From NCBI GenBank assembly GCA_965205505.1, contig CBDBHB010000007.1, forward strand, positions 544,001-608,000: a DNA stretch of 64,000 nt, given 5' to 3'. The position numbers and the translations under genes are program-made. This DNA is from Acidobacteriota bacterium (GTDB lineage Bacteria; Acidobacteriota; UBA890; WLXD01). Under the pieces are notes generated by a model. That model saw only the letters and a program-made list of their open reading frames with translations, was not told the DNA's origin and did no database searches. This document shows positions 48,946-57,500 of the stretch, piece by piece (position 1 is the stretch's first letter; the number at the start of each line of letters is the position of its first letter).

Positions 48946-50205
48946 TGACCTGACCCCCCAAAACGGATCCAGAGGTAATCTCACGATCTGGGTCGAAAAG
49001 GGGAGGTCAGAATGCCGACGAAGAGGCACAGCGCCGAGCAGATCGTACGCAAGCTCCGGGAGGCTGAAGTGGAGCTGGCGCAAGGCGGGACGGTCAAGGA
49101 TGCCTGCCGCAAGCTAGCGATCACCGAGCACACCTACTATCGGTGGCGGCGGGAGTACGGGGGGCTGAAGGTCAACCAGGCCAGAAGGCTCAAGCAGCTG
49201 GAGAAAGAAAACGCCCGGCTCAAGAAACTGGTGGCGGAGAAAGAGCTCGACCTGTCGATCCTGAAGGAAGTCGCGGAGGGAAACTTCTGAGCCCAGCTCG
49301 ACGGCGCGAGGCGGTGGCGCATGTACAGGGGCGGCTGGGCGTCTCCGAGAGGCGGGCGTGCCGGGTACTGAAACAACCACGCACGACACACAGGTACATG
49401 CCAAGAGAACCGGGCGATGAGCAGATGTTGACGGAGCGGATCGTGGATCTAGCCCGACAATACGGGCGCTACGGGTATCGGCGAGTGACGGCGTTGTTGC
49501 GTATGGAGGGCTGGTGGGTGAACCACAAACGAGTGCAGCGTATCTGGAGGCGTGAGGGGCTGAAAGTACCGACAAAGCAGCCCAAACGAGCCCGGCTGTG
49601 GCTCAGCGATGGCTCGTGCATCCGGCTGCGACCACAGCGCAAAGATCACGTCTGGGCGTATGACTTCGTCCATCACCGGACGCACGAGGGTCGGGCTATG
49701 AGGCTGCTGACGATCGTCGATGAGTACACACGAGAAAGCCTGGCGATCGACGTGGCACGGAAGCTCAACTGTGAGGACGTGCTCGAGCGGCTCGGGTGGT
49801 TGTTCGTGCACCGGGGCATACCTGAGCACATCCGGTCCGATAACGGACCGGAGTTCACCGCCGAGGCGGTTCGCGACTGGCTCGGTAGGCTCGGTGTGGG
49901 CACGCTGTTCATCGAGCCGGGCTCGCCGTGGGAGAACGGCTACGTGGAGAGCTTCAACGGCAAGCTCCGAGACGAGCTGCTCAACGGCGAGATCTTCTAC
50001 ACGCTCAAGGAGGCAAAGGTTCTGATCGAGAGATGGAGGCAGCAGTACAACCGCATGCGACCGCACAGCTCGTTGGGCTACCGACCACCGGCCCCGGAGG
50101 CGCTGTTGTTGAAGCCGGCTACGCTCCGCTTCGCCGGCCTCAACAACCCCTTGTCAGCACCGAGTTACTGAGATAAGACGTGGTACTAACCGTGGGGTCA
50201 GGTCA
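48946..50205 (+). mobile_element. IS3 family insertion sequence (1260 bp)
   Basis: Ends TGACCTGACCCC / GGGGTCAGGTCA; orfA/orfB; no target duplication. Confidence 0.93.
49012..50171 (+). CDS. IS3 transposase OrfAB (-1 frameshift at GGGAAAC near 49278-49284)
   Basis: OrfA HTH 49012-49290; OrfB 'WAYDF', 'RSDNGPEF', '[12 protein letters not shown]'. Confidence 0.92.
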
Positions 50206-50264
50206 CTCCGGCACCGGCGCATCCGTGGTCGGCGCGCACCCGGTGACGACTACGAGAAGGGCGA

Positions 50265-50792
50265 TCAGAACGTGGCGCAAACGCGGGCCTCCTCCCACAA
50301 GACGGCTCGGTGGTTGAAACGCACCTTGATCGCCTCGATCACCGCTTCCACCGCTGCGACGAACGAGTCGCGGTCCGAGAGTGGATGCAGGATCACGATC
50401 ATCCGTCCGGCGCTCGTACCGGCACGGCCGTCGCGACGCTGCCACCAACCCGTCGTTTCGATCACGCTGCCCCCGTCCGGGAAGTGCGGAATGAGAACTT
50501 CGTTGACCAGCGAGTCCCAGCGCTCGTCGGGTGCGCCGTCGGTGTTGCGGCCGCTCATGTAGAGAGCCGCCCGGAGGTAGGGCTGCAGTGGTGCCGGACA
50601 CACCGACGCCAGCGTCTCCGCAGGCGTGCCGCGCGGCGCATTCGCGGTAGACGCGCAGCCGGCGATTGCCACGGCGGTCGATAGCGAGCCGACCAGCAAC
50701 ACCGGCGTCCATACCGATTTCGGTGCGGCACGACCGTGCGGCCCGCTACGGCGCGCCTCGGTGCTTCGCGCCCGGAGCTGCCATCGGTGCAT
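50265..50792 (-). CDS. DUF3574-like lipoprotein
   Basis: 'IAGC' lipobox; 'W..LV.EV..P.FPDG..V....G.W', 'RF...AVL'; TGATG overlap with the upstream fragment. Confidence 0.7.
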   Translation of the reverse strand: MHRWQLRARSTEARRSGPHGRAAPKSVWTPVLLVGSLSTAVAIAGCASTANAPRGTPAETLASVCPAPLQPYLRAALYMSGRNTDGAPDERWDSLVNEVLIPHFPDGGSVIETTGWWQRRDGRAGTSAGRMIVILHPLSDRDSFVAAVEAVIEAIKVRFNHRAVLWEEARVCATF

Positions 50793-50971
50793 CAGGCCTG
50801 CCACCGAGTCCGACCGCCGACCACCGTGCGCACCACGCCGATCTCCTTGATGCCATCGGGGTCGACATCGTGCGGGTCCGCCTTGAGCAGCACGAAATCG
50901 GCCAGCTTGCCGGCAGTGATCGAGCCCTTGATGTCTTCCTCGAACGAGGCGTAGGCACCGTGCATGGTGCA
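50792..50971 (-). pseudogene. C-terminal fragment of an amidohydrolase 3 gene
   Basis: 'GAYASFEEDIKGSITAGKLADFVLL.ADPH...IKEI.VVRTVVGG'. Confidence 0.8.
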
Positions 50972-51559
50972 GAATAGTTTACAGGAACTTCTAGTAGACT
51001 ATCACCTCACTATTCCCACCATTAAATCGGGGAATAAAGCGAACTTCTCCGGACCTCTGGGGAGCCCTGAACACACCGAGCGCCAGGGCCGCAATCGCAC
51101 CCGGCGAGAGCCGACAAGATACAGCACATTGGGATTAAGATAGAGAACGCTAAGCTTAAGAAAGAGAACCCTAAGCTTGAGCTAGAGGACAAGCCTAAGT
51201 GGACGCCCTGTGAAATCCTCTGGATTCATAAGATTCACTCGTTCTGGTTCAACGCCACAGCAAGTTTGTTCGGCTCCGCAGCGCTCCCGATACTTGGTCA
51301 CGTAGCATGTAGACTGGATAGCGTCAATAAGATGACCATCGGAACAGCAGCACTACTGGCTTTCTTGGCTCTTCTTGCCTTCGGTGGAATAAGGGCATCC
51401 TGCCTGAAATGACCTACCGAGAGGGCTTGTTCAGTTTCTTCCGGAAGAGTAGACCCGAGTCCTCTTGACTCTAGTCGGTCTATTCAGCGACTCTGTCGGC
51501 TAGGCGGAGCTTGAAAGACGAAGAATAAGAACGACGGAAGAGAACAGAGGAAGTGTTAA

Positions 51560-52327
51560 GTGGAATCCAGTCCGACCGATAGCAAGACATGGCACTACGA
51601 CCGGCACGGGGTTCCGCTTCTGACTGCTAAGCAGGTCGAAGAGATCGCCCAGGATTTTCTGCAAACTTACTGCCCGACGCATCTGTCCAATCCAGGCACG
51701 CTGCCAGTCTCTACAATTCTCCAAAAAGTTCAAGCCCGGGATGGGCTGCGTGTATCGTTTCCTGACTTGGGACAAACTGATGGCAAAAGAATCCGTGGTC
51801 GGATCACGTTCTCGCAGCAACGAATTGACCTTGATTCTGGACTGCTGTCGGACGACCGATCTAAGTGGTTCGCCTTCACAGCGATGCACGAGTTAGGGCA
51901 TTGGGTTCTTCACCGGTACAGACCCATTCGTTGGGCAAAGGCTGGCGTTCTCACCGACGGTCGCCCGAGGAGACTAAGAAACCGACTAGAGATCGGTGCG
52001 CCCGATTGGATAGAGTGGCAAGCAAACAAGTTTGCAGCGTTCGCGCTCATGCCTCGTCGTCCGTTTCTCCGGGCGCTCGAACAAGTTCAGAGCGAGCAAG
52101 GATTGTCGCGCCGCGGCGAAGTGTGGGTAAACAACAGCAATGTCGCTGACTACAAAAAGACGTACGCAGGCCTGGCAAGAAAATTCGGCGTATCTATGAC
52201 TGCTGTCCGGTATCAGCTTAACGATTTACAGCTTCATAGGGGAAATGAGGAGCGCTACGAGGCCAACACATGGAAAAGGGTCACCGCTGCGCATGAGACA
52301 ATGGTGACCCTAGGAGTGGACTGCTGA
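51560..52327 (+). CDS. ImmA/IrrE family metallo-endopeptidase
   Basis: 'FT..HELGHW', 'EWQAN.FAA..LMP', 'LA.KFGVS..A...L'. Confidence 0.88.
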   Translation: MESSPTDSKTWHYDRHGVPLLTAKQVEEIAQDFLQTYCPTHLSNPGTLPVSTILQKVQARDGLRVSFPDLGQTDGKRIRGRITFSQQRIDLDSGLLSDDRSKWFAFTAMHELGHWVLHRYRPIRWAKAGVLTDGRPRRLRNRLEIGAPDWIEWQANKFAAFALMPRRPFLRALEQVQSEQGLSRRGEVWVNNSNVADYKKTYAGLARKFGVSMTAVRYQLNDLQLHRGNEERYEANTWKRVTAAHETMVTLGVDC

Positions 52328-52805
52328 GATAAGGACACACCCTGGTGTACCCTACGTGCCGGATGAGCGCGCTCACACTGCCGCCAGCGGTATCAAGCTC
52401 CGCGTTCAACTTGTCGTCCAACTCCTCCCCGCGGCTCGCCTTCGGCTCGAGCCGGCCAGCCTGAACAGATCGCCAGACCTGCCCAGGGAAATTCGTGAGA
52501 GAAAAGGACAGTGCCTGAACGTCGTCTTGTGCTTTGTGGATCAGTGGGAGGACTTCCCGGAAGATACTGATTCGGAGCTGGTCTCGAAGCATGCTCCGCT
52601 GTGCCGTGAATGCACTCTCGGTGCTTCGTCGGAATTCAAGCGCGCCTAACCGGACCAGCAGGAGCCAGCCAATCACGGTCAGCACGTGCAGGCGACGGCG
52701 CTTCACGTGTGGATCATCAGGCTGGCGAGAAAGACACCAAGCACCTGCGAGCTTAACGGCTATACACGGATCAGCGCTCAGCTCGTGATCTCGATGCGAG
52801 AGGAA

Positions 52806-53888
52806 CTAGTGTAGCGTCTCTAAAATGGCTTTACAGCGATTAACTTTGTCGATGATCTGCTGGGCGGAAGCACTCCAAACATAGGGCTTGGGATCGTCGT
52901 TGTAGTTGGCAATGAAGTTCTCGATGTTTTGGATGAGTGCTTGGACGGAAGGAAACGCAGCTCGTCGGACGCTTTTTGTTGTCAGCTCAGCGAACCAGCG
53001 CTCCACCAGGTTCAGCCACGAGGAGCTTGTTGGAATGAAGTGCAGGTAAAAGCGACGATGCCGAGACAACCACTTCTTCACATTGGGGTGCGTGTGGGTG
53101 CCGTAGTTGTCAACGATCAGATGCAGATCTAGTTCCTGGGGGAACTCGCGGTCGAGCTTGCGTAGGAACTTCAAGAACTCTTGATGCCGATGACGCGGCA
53201 GACACTGACCGATGACGGTTCCGTCCAGCATGTTCAGGGCGGCGAAAAGGCTCGTCGTACCGTGGCGCTTGTAGTCGTGGGTCATGGTTCCGGCACGGCC
53301 CTTCTTGAGCGGCAACGACGGCTGCGTGCGGTCCAAAGCCTGAATCTGAGACTTCTCATCCACGCACAGCACTACAGCCCGATCTGGCGGATTCATGTAC
53401 AGGCCGACCACGTCGGTGAGCTTGTCCACGAAGTGGGGATCCTTGGAGAGCTTGAACGTCTTGACCAAGTGAGGCTTGAGTCCGTGAGCGTCCCAGATCC
53501 GCTGGACCGTGGCGGCACTGACCCCTTGCGCCTTGGCCATCGTTCGGCACGACCAATGAGTGGCGTTGGGTGGCTTGGTGTGCAACGTTGCTTCGACGAT
53601 CTGTTTGATCTTGTCCCGGGAGATGGACCGGGGTCGTCCACGTCCCGGCCTGGTCTGCCCCAGCGCCACGGGACCTGCTTTCTCGAACCGCCTTCTCCAC
53701 ATGATCACAGTCGGCCGGCTGATGCCGAGCTGATCAGCAATCCCGCTATTGGACTCGCCATCTGCCGCCAGCAGGATGATCCCGGCACGAGTCGCTACTG
53801 ACTGTGGTGTGCTGGGGGCTCGGAGCCAGGCTTCCAGAACGTCTCGATCCTTGTCCGCGAGCGCTATCGGTTCTGCTTTTGTGGCCAT
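52806..53888 (-). CDS. IS630 transposase
   Basis: 'THWS.R.MA', 'CVDEKSQIQALDRTQP', 'HDYKRHGT', 'VDNY.TH', 'SSWLNLVERWF'. Confidence 0.95.
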   Translation of the reverse strand: MATKAEPIALADKDRDVLEAWLRAPSTPQSVATRAGIILLAADGESNSGIADQLGISRPTVIMWRRRFEKAGPVALGQTRPGRGRPRSISRDKIKQIVEATLHTKPPNATHWSCRTMAKAQGVSAATVQRIWDAHGLKPHLVKTFKLSKDPHFVDKLTDVVGLYMNPPDRAVVLCVDEKSQIQALDRTQPSLPLKKGRAGTMTHDYKRHGTTSLFAALNMLDGTVIGQCLPRHRHQEFLKFLRKLDREFPQELDLHLIVDNYGTHTHPNVKKWLSRHRRFYLHFIPTSSSWLNLVERWFAELTTKSVRRAAFPSVQALIQNIENFIANYNDDPKPYVWSASAQQIIDKVNRCKAILETLH

Positions 53889-53948
53889 GCGAAGCACAAT
53901 ACAATGGTCTTCATCTAATGTAAAGCTATTTACGATACACTATACTAG
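52806..53948 (-). mobile_element. IS630 family insertion sequence
   Basis: Imperfect inverted ends CTAGTGTAGCGTCTCTAAAATGGCTTTACA / TGTAAAGCTATTTACGATACACTATACTAG. Confidence 0.92.
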
Positions 53949-54050
53949 GCTTGGTAGAGGAGGGAGAGAGTGAGGGAATGCTAACTGCGCTCCTGGCTTT
54001 GTCCTCAGACGAAGAGGGCGACACGGCGCGAAACGACGAGGCCCCGAACG

Positions 54051-55142
54051 GTGGGTGAGATACGCAAACGCGGCAACGTCTGGTGGATCCGGTACTACCG
54101 AAACGGCCGACGCCACGAGGAAAGCTCCGGCAGCAAGCGGAAAGGCGATGCGGAGAGGCTGCTGAGAATCCGAGAAGGCGACATCGCCAAGGGCTTGCCT
54201 GTTACCGCGCGGGTCGGGCAGCTTCGCTTCGATGAGGCCGCGGCCGACGTGGTCACCGACTACCGGGTCAACGGCAAGCGAACGCTGCGGGACGTCGAGC
54301 ACCGCGTCCGGCTACACCTCGAACCGTTCTTCGGCGGTCGCCGGATGGCAACGATCACGACGGCCGACGTTCGCGCGTACACTTCGCACCGCCAAGGCGA
54401 GGGCGCGGCCAACGCCACAGTCAATCGTGAGCTCGCGATCGTGAAGCGCGCGTTCCGGCTGGCGGTCCAGGCGCGCAAGCTGCTCCACATGCCGCACATT
54501 CCCATGCTGCGCGAGGCCACCGCCCGAACTGGTTTCTTCGAGCGAGACGAGTTTGAAGACGTTCGCGATGCCCTGCCCGAGCCACTTCGCGGCATAGTGA
54601 CGTTCGCCTACCTCACCGGATGGCGGGTGCCGTCGGAGGTCCTGCCGTTGCGCTGGGCACAGGTCGATCGTAACGCGTGCACCGTCCGCCTCGAACCCGG
54701 CACGACGAAGAACTCCGAGGGCCGCACCCTACCCTACGATTCACTGCCCGAGCTCGGCGCCGTCGTTGCGCGGCAGTGGCAGGAGCATGAGCGCCTAGCG
54801 GCTGCGGACGTCCTGTGCCCATTCGTGTTTCATCGTCGCGGGAAGCCGATCAAGGGATTTCGCAAGGCGTGGGCGACGGCTTGCGAAGCTGCCGGTTGTC
54901 CGGGCAGGCTGCCCCATGACTTTCGACGGACGGCGGTCAGAAACCTGGTTCGCGCCAGCGTGCCAGAGAAGGCGGCAATGGCAATCACCGGCCATAAGAC
55001 TCGCAGCATCTTCGATCGATACAACATCATCAACGAGGCTGATCTCAGGAGCGCACTCGGGAAGCTCCCCGCTCCGACGGGGACAGAAACGGGACAATCA
55101 GACCGTACAGGCCGTTTGGTGAACTTCTCTGATTCCTCCTAA
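54051..55142 (+). CDS. int: Tyrosine recombinase / phage-type integrase
   Basis: Catalytic R (TGWR), K (TKN), HxxR (HDFRR), H (TGH), Y (RYN); basic N-terminal arm-binding-like segment; ends 30 bp before the tRNA. Confidence 0.95.
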   Translation: MGEIRKRGNVWWIRYYRNGRRHEESSGSKRKGDAERLLRIREGDIAKGLPVTARVGQLRFDEAAADVVTDYRVNGKRTLRDVEHRVRLHLEPFFGGRRMATITTADVRAYTSHRQGEGAANATVNRELAIVKRAFRLAVQARKLLHMPHIPMLREATARTGFFERDEFEDVRDALPEPLRGIVTFAYLTGWRVPSEVLPLRWAQVDRNACTVRLEPGTTKNSEGRTLPYDSLPELGAVVARQWQEHERLAAADVLCPFVFHRRGKPIKGFRKAWATACEAAGCPGRLPHDFRRTAVRNLVRASVPEKAAMAITGHKTRSIFDRYNIINEADLRSALGKLPAPTGTETGQSDRTGRLVNFSDSS

Positions 55143-55172
55143 ACTTCTGATATATAGATATTTTTATCCTAC

Positions 55173-55246
55173 GCGCCCGTAGCTCAGATGGATAGAGCAG
55201 CGGACTTCTAATCCGCAGGTCGGAGGTTCGAATCCTCCCGGGCGCG
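55173..55246 (+). tRNA. tRNA-Arg (anticodon TCT)
   Basis: Acceptor GCGCCCG/CGGGCGC, D arm GCTC/GAGC, anticodon GCGGA-CTTCTAA-TCCGC, T arm GGAGG-TTCGAAT-CCTCC; CCA not fully encoded. Confidence 0.97.
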
Positions 55247-55253
55247 CCTTTGT

Positions 55254-55266
55254 TATCAACAACTTA
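55254..55266 (+). promoter_or_regulatory. IHF-consensus site just 3' of the tRNA
   Basis: TATCAACAACTTA matches WATCAANNNNTTR. Confidence 0.5.
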
Positions 55267-55668
55267 CGCCGATTGGCCGAGTCGCCGTAGCGGTAGACCT
55301 TGCCTATTCCGAGCCATTTCGCACGTCGCCTCAGACTGGTTCGGAGTCATCGAAAGACAGCGCCACATAGCTAAGGTCAACGTGCAGCAGGTCGCCGGGA
55401 GAAGGACGGTGTCCGGGCAATCCGCAGGTCTCTGGATCGATGACGCGTCGGCCCGAAGGCGATCTGCGCCGTTCGCGCGCCCTAACGCGTGGGGAAGGTA
55501 CGTTACGCGCAAGGTGGCCCTCTAACGACGCTGCGAATCAGTTCCAGCGATCCGGATACGGCAATTGACGGGTTTGAGGCCACCAGTGGCCAACCGCCCG
55601 AAGTCTTGGCCGCCTCCCCGGGAGCCGACCCCGAGCGACCGGCGCCGTCACGACACACTTCGGACGCC

Positions 55669-57177
55669 TTAATCCCCAGCCGTGACGATCTCCTTCATGT
55701 ACCGACTGATGAAACCGGTGGGGCCGCCCTCGTGGGATGAGTAGCGGCCGGCCGTGTAGGCACCCGACTCGATGCCGGCGTGGTTGTTGTCGGTGATCCA
55801 GATATCCTCCTGGATCGTGACGTGCCAGAGCGCCTTGACGTTGTCGGGATCGAAGTCGATGCCCTCGCGAGCATCCGGGTGCACGAGCCAGACAATCTCG
55901 CAGTCGGTGAACTTCTCCGTCCGCGGCGTGAACCGCGCCACGGCAACGTGGTCGTCGTAGCACTGCCAGTAGCCGGTCGACTCGGCCGTCGTGACCACGT
56001 TGGTCTCGTGGTTCCAGCCATCGATGTTGGGCAACAGGATCGACGTTGCCTTGCCGTCGATCGAGCCGGTCACGAAGCCGGGATTGAGCATCCCGCCGAA
56101 GCTGTATTCCGGCTCATCGTCTCCCATGCCCTGGCTGCCCATGCCCGCGGCGGGACGTCGGTCGCGCCATGCCTTCTCCGGAACCCACGCCGCGACCGCC
56201 GCGGCACGCTCCTTGCGTTGCTCTGCGGTGACCTCGTTGCTCCAGTTGTGGGTGGTCACCAGCGGCGTGTGGGCCGGCCCGCAGTGGTAGCACTCCTTGA
56301 AGTTCTCCAGCGCCAGCTTCCAGTTGGCGTTGATCGGGTAGTACTCGCGTGCCCCGACCTTCAGATCGGCGAGGCTGTACTTATCGGCGATACCGCGCAG
56401 GCGACTCACGGCGGCGTCGAAATCCGGCGGCGTATCGGATTTCGACAGGTTTACGAACACCTGCCCGGCCGCCACCCGCGTGTGGCACGGAAGCAGGCCG
56501 TTGTCGGCCGGGTCGAAATCATCCTGCATGCCATAGGCATAGATGAGGCTGCCCTCGGTGTCATAGGTCCACGCGTGGTACGGACACCGGAACACCGGAG
56601 AGTTGCCCGTCTGGCCAAGCTGCTTGACCGACAGACGCGGGTCCGAGGGAATCGAATCCGCATCGTGGCGACACAGACGCGAGCCGCGGTGGCGACAAAC
56701 GTTGTAGTAGCCGCGGATCTCGTTGTCCTGGCCGCGCACGATCAGGATCGACTCGGCGCGGCCGAACTCAAAAACGTAGAAGTCGCCGGGGTTGGGAATC
56801 CGGCTCGCCTGGTCGGTGTATTGCCAGAAGTTCTCCGCCACGAACGCCTCGTCGGCGTCGAAGTGCTTCGCCTCCACGTAGTACTCGGCGGGTATCGTCG
56901 TGCCTTCCTTCCAGCCGTTGACGCTCTCCCGCGTCGGCAGCGGACCCTTCAAGAGGGGCGCGCCAGTGCCACCGTAGCCGAGGCCATCGTTGGGCAGCTC
57001 GACGCGCTTCGCACGACCGTACGTTGCGTTCGTCGCCGCGGCCTCCGAAGGGGAGCCGAGCAAGGTCTTCGGCAACGTTACGGCAGCTGTACCCGCGGCG
57101 ACCGAGGTCTTGGCGAAGGTGCGCCGGCTTAGCTTGGTCTCCGCACGATCCGCTCCACCTTTGTCTTGGTTGCTCAT
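55669..57177 (-). CDS. Rieske oxygenase alpha subunit with Tat-like N-terminus (paralog of 23636-25102)
   Basis: 'LSRRTFAK', 'NVCRHRG', 'CPYHAWTY', 'ENFKECYHC'. Confidence 0.9.
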   Translation of the reverse strand: MSNQDKGGADRAETKLSRRTFAKTSVAAGTAAVTLPKTLLGSPSEAAATNATYGRAKRVELPNDGLGYGGTGAPLLKGPLPTRESVNGWKEGTTIPAEYYVEAKHFDADEAFVAENFWQYTDQASRIPNPGDFYVFEFGRAESILIVRGQDNEIRGYYNVCRHRGSRLCRHDADSIPSDPRLSVKQLGQTGNSPVFRCPYHAWTYDTEGSLIYAYGMQDDFDPADNGLLPCHTRVAAGQVFVNLSKSDTPPDFDAAVSRLRGIADKYSLADLKVGAREYYPINANWKLALENFKECYHCGPAHTPLVTTHNWSNEVTAEQRKERAAAVAAWVPEKAWRDRRPAAGMGSQGMGDDEPEYSFGGMLNPGFVTGSIDGKATSILLPNIDGWNHETNVVTTAESTGYWQCYDDHVAVARFTPRTEKFTDCEIVWLVHPDAREGIDFDPDNVKALWHVTIQEDIWITDNNHAGIESGAYTAGRYSSHEGGPTGFISRYMKEIVTAGD

Positions 57178-57500
57178 GCCGCCCTCCATCCGTCGAGCCT
57201 GGGACTGGTGTTCCTTCCACTAGACAGCATGGGCATATCACAACCCCGGCGGGGGTTACAACGGAGAGGGAATGGGAAGATTGTAAAGATTTGTCGAGAA
57301 ACCTCTTGGGGCTATTTTCCCTACGGATAGCGGGTCTAGTTTGCCTAAGATAGGGCGAGCCTAACGAGCGCCCCTTGCTCCACCCCAGGCCTCCGTGAGT
57401 GCGGAGGCCGGTTTAGTCCTCGGTAACGGCAGCTACCACTCGAGCGGAACCGCCTCAGACGTCTACGCGGCGACTGACAGCACCCCTGGAACACCTGGTC

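Larger units (their letters stand above)
47625..55211. mobile_element. Integrase-bearing genomic island inserted on the 5' side of tRNA-Arg(TCT)
   Basis: 39-bp direct repeat 47586-47624 / 55173-55211; integrase at the tRNA-proximal end. Confidence 0.85.

Noticed and set aside
52281-52706. 141-aa minus-strand ORF and the 60928-61239 ORF as real genes
   Set aside because: No recognisable motifs; the first overlaps the ImmA gene end. Left uncalled.
53995-54050. Possible hammerhead ribozyme upstream of int (CAGACGA...CGAAAC)
   Set aside because: The core needs CTGA.GA and the flanking stems do not form convincingly.
54051-55142. Classical integron (IntI with attC sites)
   Set aside because: The integrase looks phage-type with an N-terminal arm-binding-like segment and no recognisable IntI insertion; no RYYYAAC...GTTRRRY attC hairpins were found at gene ends by eye.
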